A stretch of 50,112 nucleotides of DNA, filler included, from Basidioascus undulatus (GCA_000826855.1; 3 parts of 3 records of this genome joined end to end with filler, not necessarily neighbours in it); one strand, 5' to 3'. Positions 24,389 to 36,391 are shown, counted from the whole stretch's first letter. Program-made: numbers and translations. Notes: generated by a model not told the origin, from the sequence alone.

Positions 24389-25911
24389 GAGCTGTCTCTT
24401 TAGCCTGCGTCTCATTTGTACCCCGATCCTTCGTTGTTTGTATTAGTAGTTTACCCCCACACGAAAGAGCTTCGTTTGGGTTTGATACCTGTGGACCTGC
24501 TTGTCTGCGATATGCCCTGTCACCGTGAGGTACACAAAGGTACACCACGAGCGCCATCTAATGACCCGAGCCTCTCAAGGAGTGGAAACTTCATTTGAAC
24601 GTCATGTGGAGCACACGCTCTGAGACGTCTGAGACGAAGGTCAGTTGTCGCTTTTGTGTCGTTCAGCTTACCCGTTGTTGGCGTAAAGTATGTTCGTACT
24701 GCTCATTCTACCTACCGCATGTCTGCAGGCAGCAACGCACTGGCGTCACTTTGGAGACCTAAGTTGTGCTTGAAGCTCTCAAACCAAGTACTGTAGTGCA
24801 AGTCCCAATAGCCGACCTGATTGGTATGCGAAGCCGTTCCAGCAGGGTGGCATCGGGGGACAATGCGCACTGCCAGACATGCCTGCATTTTCGCCTCAAC
24901 ATTGGACGCTTGATAGCAAGCAAGCCACTCCGTAGCCCCAAAAAATGATGCCTGTGCAGTCCGGCCGTTACTTTCTGAGATCGTTGAGCTGCGCTCAAAA
25001 GCGGTCTTCGACGCTGTCCGCCATTGCGGGTCAACAGGCTGCCTCTGCCGTCTTCAACTGCTCCGCTTCTTTGGGAAATAATGGCAACAGATTTTGTGGT
25101 TATTGGCACTAAAAAAAACATACTCGAGTGACGGGGGGCAAGGCGCTCCAACAGCTTCTGGGAGGCGGTGCAGTGCCGGGGGCACCGAGTCACAACGTCT
25201 TCTGCACTGCCCGTCATCAGGGTGCAATGGCCAAGTAGCTTACTTCGTCGCTCGCTAAGGATTGGTTTCGCGGGTTCATCACCCGCCTTGGTCGCGTGTC
25301 TTTTGCTTCGGACTGCGAGGGCAGTACCTCCTTGTTGCCTTCCCTGGCGCTGCTCCTCCCCTGCGTCACATAACCCTCTGCCTGTCCTTTTCAACCAATG
25401 CTATTTAGCAATGTTATTAAACGACGTTTTTCAAGACTGCGACCTCCCTGGCTAAACGCTGCTAGAGTGTGGTTGGGTGCACAAGGGGCATCTGCAGCGT
25501 TAGCGCTGGATGTGATTAGGTTCTCACTCGTCTGTTGCTCTCGGCGTCCAACCAAAATGATTGTGAAGGTACATTCAGATGAGTCAGATACCCATAGGGG
25601 CTTCCCGATGACACTCCGAACGCAATCACGACGGCATCACGTAACGCTTTGTCGCCGAGTGCATGAGGTGGTAGCTGTTTCTAGGATAGCATTGTGACTT
25701 CTCGCCTTGCCCTGCCGTGCCGAATAACATTTAGTACCTGCATGGAATGCAATCGCGGGAATCGCATAAGCGGGAGTGCGGACAGACCAGCGGCCGCGCG
25801 GGCCTAGCTTCGATGCGTCTTTGCTGTGAGTGCACTGCACGTATCCGGTCAGAGTAAGACCTGTCGTTACTATTAACGCAAAGAATAACGTTCATGTAAC
25901 CCAGCTATCCT

Positions 25912-27071
25912 CTACACTGCATAGTCCTTGACAGCTAGAACCTCCCGCGCCTCCCGGTCGAAGTCGGTTACTCGTAGCGTGTTGACGGCCAGGCCCACTT
26001 CTTGAATCGCGCAGCAGATGTCTTCGTAAAAATCCTCATCAGGATCGTCTAGGGCCGGTACAGCTGTGACATGGAGGAGCTTCTTGAGCTTGGCGTAGTG
26101 GTATTGCGCCTCTCGCGTTGTCAGTGCAATCGAGGTGCCTCGAAACAAGACATTAGACGCACTGATACTTCGAGACTACGGAAAGGAATCTCTAGCTCTT
26201 GCAGGTGAGGTGCGTTCTTGACGAGCCCTGCATCGTGCGGCATCAAAGTCAGCGACCATGGAAGGCGGAAAACAACCGGCCGACTTACGGTCGGTCAGCG
26301 TGTCGTCAAAGTCGATGTCGCCGAAGAATCTCTCGCAGCGCGGGGGCTTTAGCGCGCCGATGAGCAAGACACAGCTGCGCCTGGATGCCGGTCGCGACCT
26401 TGCGCACGTCCGTCGCGTTCGGGCAGTGCCGCAGGATGGTGTGTGCCGACGCAGGGAGAATGACTTGGCGGAACCGACGGGAGGGTAATCTTTCCCATCG
26501 CGCCGGGGAGGCGCGCGACGGACTTCGGGTGTGCGTGCGTGATGTGGATGGTGTGAAGGTTCGGGAGCGACGCGAGGAGCTGCGAGAAGAGCGGGAAGGC
26601 CGTCTTCTTGTCTTTGCCGGAGAGCTCGGTGGTTACGTTGTTGTGGAAAGATCAAGGGTGAGTTACGGGACAATCAGCTTATCGACATAGAACGAAGAAG
26701 GATGCAGACGCACCGGATGTGTGCACGCAAGCCTGGCTTGTTCGCCCGCGCCTTCGCGAGCGTCCCCGTCCTCTTCGCGACCCAAACGTCCCACGCGCCC
26801 ACATCGGGCGCCTGCCAAAAGTCCAGCCGGCTCACAGCAGAGTTGGCAGCTCGTTCGAAGAGCGCGGCATGTCCGGGACAGGGCGCAAAGCGCGCGAGGA
26901 GATGCGCACGGCGAACTCTTTCAAGCGGGCCACCTGATAGTGCTGGGTAAAGTCCGTCACAGCCCGCAATACGCGTAGACAGGGCGAGATGCGGGACAGT
27001 CGGAAAGACAGGGAATGTTTGAAATTCTGAGCGAGAAGACCTCGGGAGGCAGGTTGAGTAGGCTGCGCATG
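25912..27071 (-). pseudogene. Frameshifted F-box/LRR-like protein
   Basis: The N-terminal MRSLLNLPPEV (F-box L-P-x-E motif) is followed immediately by a frame break. Later, LLASLPNLHTIHITHAH...ITLPSV joins through a +1 shift at ~26472 to RQVILPASAHTILRHCPNATDV, a segment typical of basidiomycete F-box/RNI-like proteins. Confidence 0.6.
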
Positions 27072-27385
27072 GGTGGTGAGGTCGTGGGTGATGGCTGCGA
27101 GAGGCAAGGATGGAAGGAGGACGGGACGTGCTGTATGTCTCGACTGATTGTGATGCTGAACTGCCCTTGGCGCATCTAATCCAATTTCATAGGACATAAA
27201 CTTCAGAAAGTCGCGCTAACTGGCCGAATAGCACACATGCAGAAAGGCAAATGCGGACAAGAGCCGAAGTGCGAGTGCGACTGCTATCGGTTCTTGAGGA
27301 ATCACGAAATCCGAAAGCCAGGGGCCTACGGACGGTGTTGGCCTCTCACGCCGCCCCCTTCACACACTCACGCAGCACGCTCACC

Positions 27386-28046
27386 ATGTCCTTCTCGACT
27401 TCTCACCGCCTTTACGTCAAGGTGCACCACCACCACGCACTGTTCATCGCCGGATCCGAAGGCTGATGCAAATCGCTTTCCCCCACGCCCCGCCAGTCGC
27501 TGTACAAGCGCTACCTCACGCAGGGCCTTGACTGGCTCATCCGCCGCGACCTCTGGCGGCCGTACGCCCTCGAGGTCCGCGCCAAGTTCGAGGCGAACCG
27601 GTGCGGCGCATCCCTTGCTTGCGGGGGCTCAGAAGGAGGCGCGGTGGCTGATGAGATGGTGCTGGGACAGCCACGTCCGTGACCCGCGCCGTCTGGCCGC
27701 GATCCTGGACGAGGCGGAGCGCAGGCTGGCGGAGCGGGCGCACCCCGACCCGTACAGGCGTGCGTACCGGAATGCTCGGCGAGCTCCTGGAGGGTCTACT
27801 GACATGGAGGACCCGAACCACAGCTGCCCAATTCCCCGGTGGTACCAAGTGGTGCGTCCCTTCTCTGTGTCTCTCGGCTGCGCTCGCTCGCTGACCATCA
27901 CACCATAGGGAGCGCAACATTCCTGTCAGCCTGCTCCTCCCTCACTATCACCCTCGTCGAACGCGTGCTCACCGACTTCGCCCCCACAGCCTCGTTTGTT
28001 CACGGCGGAGGAGAAGCGCGCGGCGCGCGAGGCGACGCATGTCTAA
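27386..28046 (+). CDS. NDUFB9: Complex I accessory subunit NDUFB9/B22 (LYR family), 6 small exons
   Basis: MSFSTSHRLYVK|SLYKRYLTQGLDWLIRRDLWRPYALEVRAKFEAN|..VRDPRRLAAILDEAERRLAERAHPDPYR|..FPGGTKW|ERNIP|PRLF...THV*. The LYK (LYR) motif and HPDPY..PGGTKWERN are diagnostic. One exon is 16 nt (27909-27924). Confidence 0.92.
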
Positions 28047-28676
28047 ACGGTGGGCTAGGAAGGCAGGAGAGCAGGAGGAAGAGTTTATATGGAGCATGGT
28101 GGATATACACGTGCGTTTGACCTTGGAGACGATGTGCGTGGGGGTTGGACTGCCCGCGGGAGGTCTTCAAAGGGGGTGAGAAACGCGGCATGACCCAGCC
28201 GTGGAGAACAGCGCCGATGCTAGCGGCTTGCCTCATCCTCGGAGCGGCGGCAGAGGGGATTAGGAAGTCCTGGTGACTTGGAAAGCGTCCTCGCTAGCTG
28301 AGCGCGTATTCCGGGGTTGGGAGTGCGGCGCGTCTCTTCCAAGTGCCTACAGCAGGCGAACCCGCTCACCCACTCCCACCCTTTGTTGCCGCTTGGCTAA
28401 TTCTCAAGCCATTATCTGCGTCACACGCTTTTCCCTTGCGTGTCGCCGTCCGTTTGGCAGTCGGGGTTCACTGCCGTCGACGGCTTCTCTATCCTCAGCG
28501 AGCGATGGTCTGCGGTGTATATATGTGACGGTTGGCTGTATTAAGTACTCTTTGTTCGTTCGCATGGCCGTGTTGCTGTGGCCGTCTTAGGCAGTTAGCA
28601 CTGCAACAGGCAGGCACACTGTATGCAGACGCCCGACGACAGAATCCGGCTATATCTATGCCCTTCGACATCTAGT

Positions 28677-30131
28677 CTATGCTCCGACAGCTTTCAACCC
28701 GTTCTCCTTCGCGAACTGCACGACCTCCTCGGCGCTCGGAATGCTCTCCATCGCCCCGGGCCTGGTTACTGCCAGACCTGCAGCCTGTACCACGCCAAAT
28801 CCCGCCGCGCCGCGTGCCGCCAGTCAGCGTCTTCAGGTCCGAGCTCAACCAGAAGGGATAGGGGGTTTGAAGACGCTGGGGGGAGGGGACGCGACGGCAG
28901 AGGGGACCGCCCTCACGATGACTGCTGTTTGCAGGGCAAGCTGGATGTCGGATTCTGAGGGTTGTGCGGACAGACGCATCAGAGAAGCTGCGCAATTCGT
29001 GATCAAGCGTTAGCGGTGCATCTTACGGAGTTGAGCGATTGCACAGGCGAAATGGGTTTACCAACGAAGTAACCTGCGAAAGTGTCCCCCGCCCCGGTGG
29101 TGTTCACAACCTTGACCTTGGCCGCATCCACCTTGAACCTCGTCCTCCGCTCCTCTCCGCCCACTCGCACAGCCGCAACGACCCCCTCCGCGCCGAGCGT
29201 GACGACCAGTCCCTTCACGCCCCTCAACCCCGGCACGCCCTCCAGCGTCCCCAGCAACCGCTCCGCGCCCAGGTCCTCCTTGATGCTATCACCGCCCTGT
29301 AGGGCGCGCACGAGGTCCCGCGCCTCTCCCTCGTTGACGATCAGCCAGCTGAGCGCGTGCCACGGGAAGTCGCGCAGCGCCGCGGGAGACGGCATCGGCG
29401 AGGGGTTGTACACGGATGTGACCCCCGAGGAGTGCGAGAGGAGGAGAGAGGAGGTCGTGTCGATGGGGAGGATCTCATTCTGCAGGAGAAGGTGCGTGTG
29501 CTTCGGGGGGTGGAGAGCGGGGAGCGGGTAGGGGAGGACGTTGGTGCCTGCGGACGGGTGGAAGGTTACTCGACAATGCAAGTGGGAGGACTTGAAGAGA
29601 GTGTACCAGGGAAGAGGACGATACTGTTCTCTCCATCTTTAGATATTTGGATCACCGCTCGGCCCGTCGCAGTCTGCCCCCTCACCATAACTAAGCTCCG
29701 GCTCCCATCAGCTGAACTCCGACACTTACATCCTCATCCACCCGCACGCCTTCCACCCCCACCCCATACCCCTCCAGCAGCCCCCTCAGCCACTCTCCAT
29801 CCTTCCCGACCTGCCCCGCGAGCTCGACCCGCGCGCCCGCGCGAGCGACCGCACACGCCTGATTCGCCCCCTTCCCGCCGGCTTTGCGGTCGAAGGAGGT
29901 CGAGGAGAGGGTCTCGCCGGGGCGCACTAAGCCATCGTGGGGAGTATGAGCCTAAGGTGAATGGGGATGCAGCGGAGTACATCAGACTAACCTATGTGCG
30001 GAAGATGGAAGAACTCGTCCACGTTCAGCGAGCCGTGAACGAGGCACGCCGGAGCGTCAGAGGCGGTCGCCTGCCAGTAGCTTTTCTATCAGCGATGTTA
30101 CACTGGGATTCAGATGCTCTCAGCATACCAT
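28677..30131 (-). CDS. RBK1: Ribokinase (PfkB carbohydrate kinase family)
   Basis: The first coding exon is ATG only (cacc-ATG|gtatgc, 30131-30129). It continues ATASDAPACLVHGSLNVDEFF, RPGETLSS, GGKGANQACAVARAG, GQVGKDG, TGRAVIQI, LLLQNEI, NPSPMP, LIVNEGEA, VTLGAEG, VNTTGAGDTFAGYF, GAMESIP...KAVGA*. Confidence 0.9.
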
Positions 30132-32252
30132 GGTGGGTTGAAGTGCAGTTGCAAGCGAGAGGGAAGCAAGAAACTGGGGGAACGGAGGAGGAAGACGAGC
30201 GATGTAGCGTCCGGGCCGAACTCCAGCTCAGACGTCCAAACGTCATCTTCGAGCGTCAACGCCTTTTCCGGTAGTCTTGCCAGCGGCGGCCCTCTCTCTT
30301 TACACGGCTGATTAATATATCTGATGGTAATAAATTTAAACATCAGTTGAGAGACTAGGCAGCATGCGATACAGACAAGCCAAAAAGAAACAGGGGCGAA
30401 ACCTGGGCTGCAGAACGTTTCTCGCTCCTTCACCAACGGGTATCTGAAAGTGGCTTCTTTAAGAAATACCCAGTTTAGAATATCTTACATATTGTATTAC
30501 CCTAAATTCCGATTATTGCTCCCGCCGCGCACTGAGGGCCAGTCGCCGTACCAGCCTCAAAAGTGCACACGACAACGATGCGTTCAAAAGTGACTGCGTG
30601 CCCTCTGCCTATGCGTCTCAGGAGCTTGTGTAAGCACAAAATCAAGACAGTGACAGCGTCCTTCGAATGCAGCTGAACGAGGCTGAGATACGTCCGCTTG
30701 TAGTGCACGGCTAGCTTTGATCGGTGGACATCCCCATTGCCTCGGTCTGTTCTGCCGTAACCATCCAGCCGTAATATCAGAAGGGTAAGTTTAATTGCTC
30801 CAATACAGGTAGGCATGGGGACGACCCCAGCCAAGACCGAGGGCGGTATCGAACGTATATGTCTACCCTCGGAAGCTACGATGGCACTGCAGAATTACTA
30901 GAGTGCACTAGTGTGTGAGATCCGTTATGATTAACCAGCTGGACTGAATATGATGCTGTCCGAAGTACAGGAACATTGCAAGGTCTGGCTCTACTAGCAA
31001 GCAGAGCGCAACGCGACGTACGAGAAAGCACAGGGGCTTCCTTCCTGACATCAAAAGGAAGGCCGACCAAGGCAGGATGAGATCCTGCGCTTTGTTCCAA
31101 AAGGACCGAGAGTTGGTTAACAGGAATAGCTACTTGGCCAAGGGTGGCTGAAAGAGGAACAGCCACGAACGCCTCGTAAGTGACTCAACGGATGCGAGAG
31201 CACAGCCGTCCTGTCGAAGTCCAGGCTTTCTCTTGTCTGGTTGACAAAAGCGCAAATGACCGTATATATAAGACAATCACAATGCATTTCGATTGTCAAG
31301 GTCGCCGAAGGTTCTTACTTCTGCGGTGTTGAGGTGATCTTCGGAGTGTCTACCGTTGCGGCTCAGAAATGCCACGGGTTTACTGAACGAAGTTGCACCC
31401 GAATCTCATCATGCCAATTCTTTCCTTTTTTATAACACAGCCATTATTCAATATCTTTCCATCCTCATGGGCTGTTCCGAACCCGTTTGAGCGAGATCTG
31501 CGGATATGAGGCGCGGGCCGAGGGGCAAGCGCCTAGTGTGAGGCAAGTGCTTGAGAGAAGCGAGTATATTAAATGAGCCTTAAATAATGAGTAGATTATT
31601 CAATATTCGTTCTATGAAATGTGTACCACTGTTCAGAGTCGGCAGACTTGCGGCTTCAACCAGGTCTTTTTTTCGAGACGCAGCGACAGGCGGGCCGCTG
31701 CATGGTCAAAATGACCCCGCCGTCTGCGATCGCAGTACAACGGGACACAGATGCCCCTATAATAGTTAATGTGCCTGAGTATGACGACAGAAAGTGTATT
31801 GCCCGCAATCTGCACAAGAACATGAGGCAACTTGAGGTGTAAGGGAGATGTGTTTTGCGTTGGCGGACACTGAAGTGCCGACAAACACTCAGATCCGAAG
31901 TGCCTTGCGAACTCTCTGGCGGTTTGTTCGGATCAACTCCCCATCAGGCTGGCTTATCCCTGGCTTACTGTCTCGAAGAACCAAGCTCATATGTGATCAG
32001 GGCCGCAGCAACTGGCGACCTGGACTCTCGGCGGTGAAGCAGGTCCTGTGAGGCCCTCGTCCAATGTCTGCACCGTGCACCCTTATTTTTCGAGTATCAG
32101 AGCTCGACGGATCTGAACGACTACCCCTTGAATAGGTCATCCGTTTCCGCAGTCGGGTTGCCGGTGGCTTCCCATAGCCTTAAAAGGCCACAGAGGTCCG
32201 GACTCGTTTCCACCATTCCGTTTCTTTTTCTTCAGCACTCGCTCAAGACACA

Positions 32253-33335
32253 ATGGTCCACCTTCAGTCTTTCGTTCTCACCACCCTCTTTGCAGCTCTG
32301 GGGTCCGCTGGTCGGCGCCATCATGCGAAGCGCTGCACACGGACCATTTCTTCCGCCGAGTACGTGCAACATGTTCCCTGATTGAGCCTCCGCATTGTAT
32401 CGAAGAGGCTTTTGTTGACCATGTCCGGACGACTTATGATGCTTAAGTGACGTGGACGGCGCCAAGAAGTGCACGACCATCAACATCAACGCTTTCACCA
32501 TGACCGCGGGGCAGACCCTCGACCTCACGAATCTCCTCGAGGGAACCACGGTCAACCTTCTTGGCGATGTGACGTTCGGGGTTTCCAACTGGGTGAGTCA
32601 CGTATTCTGAGTATCCGACATTGCTTCTGACCTGGTAGGGACAGGCCGGTCCCCTCATCGCCTTCGGCGGTACGAGCTGGAGCTCCAACATTACCTTCAA
32701 CGGCAACGGGCACGCTCTCGACGGGCAAGGTGCCAAGTACTGGGACGGAAAAGGAACGAACAGTAGTGTTACAAAACCGCACCCGATGGTGAAGGTTACA
32801 AACGCCGGGTTCTTCCAGAACGTCGTCGTGAAGAACGTACATCTCATACGCCTTGCCTTGAGTCAGCGACCTCCCCGGCTGAGCACACCCAGCCCGTGAA
32901 ACAGTCCCCCGCTCAGGCTGTGAGCGTCGGTAATAAGAGTCCACTCACGATTAGTGGGTGACGATCGATAACGTCAGCCCTCCTTCTCCCCCTCTTCTCA
33001 TCGTCCGTAAAGAACCCCCTTGCTCAGGCGTCCCCCTGCGCACAGTCGGATGGCGACACCAACGACCTTGGCCACAACGTACATCTCCGCTGCAGGGATT
33101 CCCAAAGCGTTTATGACTCACAAGATCTTTCAGACCGATGGCTTCGACATATCCGCGTCAGACGTGCTCATTACCGGCTGCACAGTGCAGAACCAGGACG
33201 ACTGCCTCGCAGTCAACAGCGGCTCGAACATTGTATTTACCAACAACGTCAGTAATAGTACGGTTCCAGGAATACTACCTGGCCATCGATGCTGAGAGCA
33301 CATTGTAGAAATGCTCTCGGCTGCATCTGCGCACT
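32253..33335 (+). pseudogene. GH28 endopolygalacturonase, frameshifted and 3'-truncated
   Basis: Signal peptide [75 protein letters not shown] 1-nt deletion at ~32958 gives ISG* instead of ISGVTIDN. Homology stops after KCS (~33318), before the expected GHG and RIK motifs. Confidence 0.85.
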
Positions 33336-33420
33336 TGACATAGTTTTCGTTGGTGCAGCTAATCAGCGAGCAGTACCTCTTATCAGACCGGTAGCTTCCT
33401 GGTTCCTCCCTCCCCTGCAC

Positions 33421-33520
33421 NNNNNNNNNNNNNNNNNNNNNNNNNNNNNNNNNNNNNNNNNNNNTTAATTAATTAANNNNNNNNNNNNNNNNNNNNNNNN
33501 NNNNNNNNNNNNNNNNNNNN
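33421..33520. other. Artificial linker (44 N + TTAATTAATTAA + 44 N)
   Basis: Identical to the linker at 16661-16760. Confidence 0.97.
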
Positions 33521-33589
33521 GTGACCCGCTCGCGTAAGGCGAGCGGCAAACTATTTACACAAGTGCCCGTCCCAGAACCCAGATCCTTA

Positions 33590-34290
33590 CATGTGGCAGG
33601 AGTGCGCATACCTTTGCACCCTCCAGGAGTTCGCACCCTACTTCAAGAACTCACTCCAGCCCTGCCACATCTTTGCCCCATGCTCGAGGAGATCCACTGG
33701 TGGCACAGGCAGCTTGGCCCTGAGTGGACTGGACATTCATTCATGCTGCTGGGTGGCACAACTGACATTTGAAAGCACCAACGTCAGTGTTGGCCTCATC
33801 ATTGGTGGATGCTGGCATGTATGGATGCTGCGTGACCACTGGCAAGCCAACAGCCGTGACATCAGCTGGGCCAAGGCTGTCAGCATCAAGCTCGGCCTCA
33901 TCATGCACAGTGCTCTCAGCTACCGCACATGCTCCATCTGCTGGTGGTGCAACAACCAGGGAGTCACCTGTGGTGTGGAGTGCAAGTTGCAAGAACTCAC
34001 AGTCGCAGGCAACAAACAAGGTCCTGATGCACATCATGGACCTTGAGGACGAGTTGAGATCAACGGCCACGTCATGTACATTTCCAGCACGCAGAACCCT
34101 GCAGACCCACCTTCACAAGGCAGATTCCCCACTCCTTCTCCGACTCTCCCAGCTCTTGAGCTCCCTGCCACCTTCAAGCCATACCTCATCAATGACACCT
34201 AAGATGTCCTGCAAGAAGGGCAAGAAGCCAGAGCCACTGGGCATGCGGTGGATCAGCAGCAAGGATGTTTGTTGTCCCTCTGCACCTTGA
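33590..34290 (+). mobile_element. Degenerate tyrosine-recombinase (DIRS/Ngaro-type) retrotransposon RT-linker/RNase H remnant
   Basis: Across frame breaks it reads EEIHWW, STNVSVGLIIGGCW..W...W..NSRDISWAKAVSIKL, CNNQGV, SQATNKVL and YISSTQNPADPPSQG. These resemble the DAS..GIG / DIGWAEA / DNQGV / NPAD motifs of fungal DIRS-type RNase H. Stops and visible CpG depletion are present. Confidence 0.68.
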
Positions 34291-34681
34291 CAAATATGCC
34301 CGGTTACTGTCACTAGCTTGGTGCATCCTCGCTTGGTTGTGTTTGAGCCTTCGCCAGTCCTCGCAGGCACGTCAGCACCGACAAGCGCTCGTCTCACATC
34401 ACTTGCTCTTTCCGGGTCTTTGTGGGTATTGACTGGCCGGCAGTCTTCTCCTCGCCTATAGAACCCAGAGGGACTCAAGTTGTATATCAGTCGAATCATC
34501 AGATGCAATAGCGCTTTTACGTGTGCACGCGCTTGAGTTGCAAGATAGCAAAGGTACAAAGTGAGAAAAGCGTACGGTCTATGAAATGAGTTCTACATGA
34601 AAATGTACCAAATGAAGGGTGATTGTTACAATATATCAAAAAATCAGAAGGAAGGAAGTGAAACATCAAGCAGTGCTGTTT

Positions 34682-36391
34682 TCAAAGCTCATCGTGGCAG
34701 TTGTGGACCTCCTTCTCCTCGACGAACGAGATCTGAGACTTGTGGCCGGGCTTGCAGCTATTCAAAGAAATTTCCATCGAGTCAGTTCCCATTTCCCCTC
34801 CCTGAAGTCTAGGTGAAAGAGAGAACGCACACAGTCTCGCACCCATGCTCCTCCTTCCACTGCGCGCCGTGGCCGCACTCCTTCTTCGGGCACTCAGCGC
34901 GGGGTGCCTGGCCAAAGCCAAACTTCTTGTGCTCGTACTTCTGGTTGTTCTCGTACTTCTCCTCCTCGTAGTAAAACGGCTGCGGCTGGTACTCGTGCTT
35001 GGGCGCCTCGACATAGACGACCTCGGGCTTGTGCTCCGGCTTCTCCTCCTCCTCGCACTCCTCCTCGGGTTTGTGCACAGGCTTGTACTCGGGCTTGTGC
35101 TCAGGCTTGTATTCAGGCTTCGGCGCCGGCTTGTACTCCTCCTTCGGCTGCTCGTAGTACTCCTCCTTGGGCTTATACTCGGGCTTGCACTCCTCCTCGC
35201 GACACTCCTCGGGTTTGTGCTCAGGCTTGTATTCAGGCTTCGGCGCCGGCTTGTACTCCTCCTTCGGCTGCTCGTAGTACTCCTCCTTGGGCTTATACTC
35301 GGGCTTGCACTCCTCCTCGCGACACTCCTCGGGCTTGTGCTCGGGCTTGTATTCAGGCTTCGGCGCCGGCTTGTACTCCTCCTTCGGCTGCTCGTAGTAC
35401 TCCTGCTGGGGCCTATGCACGGGCTTGCACTCCTCCTCGTAGCACTCGTGCTTGGCCTCGTAGTACACTGGCTGGGGCTTGTACTCAGGCTTGTACTCCT
35501 TCACCTCATAGTACTCCGGCTTGGGCGCGTAGTACTCGGGCTTCTTCTCCTCGTAGTAGACGGGCTTGGGCTTGTACGGCTGGCACTGCTCCTCGTAGCA
35601 CGGCTTCTGTTCCTCGATCTCGACGATGTACGCGTACTCGGGCTGCTCCTCCTCGACGATCTCGACCTCGACGTACTCCGGCTTCTCCTCCTCCACGACC
35701 TCAACGACCTCGTACTCGGGCTTCTTGGGCTTATACTCCTCGACCTCGAGCGCGATGTACTCCGGCTGCTTGGGCTTGGGCTTGTATGGGCACTCGCCGA
35801 CCTCGATCGCGCAGACTTCCTGCTTCGGGACGTGCTTCTTAGCCTCCTCGATGTACACATACTGCGGCTTCTTCCCGCACTGCCCCTTGACAGGCTTCCA
35901 CTCCTGCCTGTGAACAGAAGAATGGGGGTTTGTCGGAAACAATACTCGTTGAAATAGTCTAGTAAAAAGGGAAGGACGAACCATTCATTCTGCTTGCAGT
36001 ACTCTGCGCACTTGCCCTGGTCGCCGCCGAAGTAACCTCCGTGGTGGAACTCGATCTCGTACTCGTCGTCCGAGTACTCGTCCTCGTCGTCATCCTCATC
36101 CTCATCGTCCTCGTCATCCTCGTCATCCGAGTCCCTCCTCACAAGCCCGCGGCGGCGGTGCTCGGCCTTCTCGGCAGCATGCTTGAGCTTCTCGAAGTCG
36201 ACATTGATTTTGACAATGTCGGCGTTGTTGATGTCGAGCGGCTCGTTGGGGTCGCGCACGGCCGAGAACGACCCCGGTCCCGCGGGTCTGAGGGCTTGGC
36301 GCTTTTGGAGGTTGTCGGATTGAAGGAGAGGGAAGGCGATGGACGAGGCCGTGAGGGAGACGATTGCGAGGGCGGTGAAAGCGGCGCGCAT
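34682..36391 (-). CDS. Orphan secretory-pathway Glu/Lys/Pro/Tyr-rich tandem-repeat protein (~520 aa), predicted C-terminal HDEL
   Basis: Signal peptide MRAAFTALAIVSLTASSIA; exons 36391-35982, 35907-34831 and 34757-34682; introns GTTCGT..CAG (74 nt) and GTGCGT..ACTGAC..TAG (73 nt). Acidic tract DSDDEDDEDDEDEDDDEDEY. Strong C/G third-position bias. TATA-like TTTATAAA at ~36502-36509. Confidence 0.8.
35085..35440 (-). repeat. Coding tandem repeat, 120-bp unit, about 3 copies, near-identical
   Basis: Lines starting at 35101, 35221 and 35341 are nearly identical. The unit encodes EEYYEQPKEEYKPAPKPEYKPEHKPEECREEECKPEYKPK. Confidence 0.92.

Noticed and set aside
24759..25394. 211-aa - strand ORF
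   Set aside because: It has a non-ATG start, lacks the host codon bias, and shows no recognisable motif.
33318..34290. Retroelement inserted directly into the GH28 gene
   Set aside because: The two lie on opposite sides of an artificial linker, and the GH28 3' half does not reappear after the element.
35085..35440. 120-bp repeats as a CRISPR-like array or a Kex2-processed (KEP/dikaritin) RiPP precursor
   Set aside because: There are no unique spacers, the units are not separated by KR/RR sites, and no DUF3328/UstY-like tailoring gene is seen nearby.
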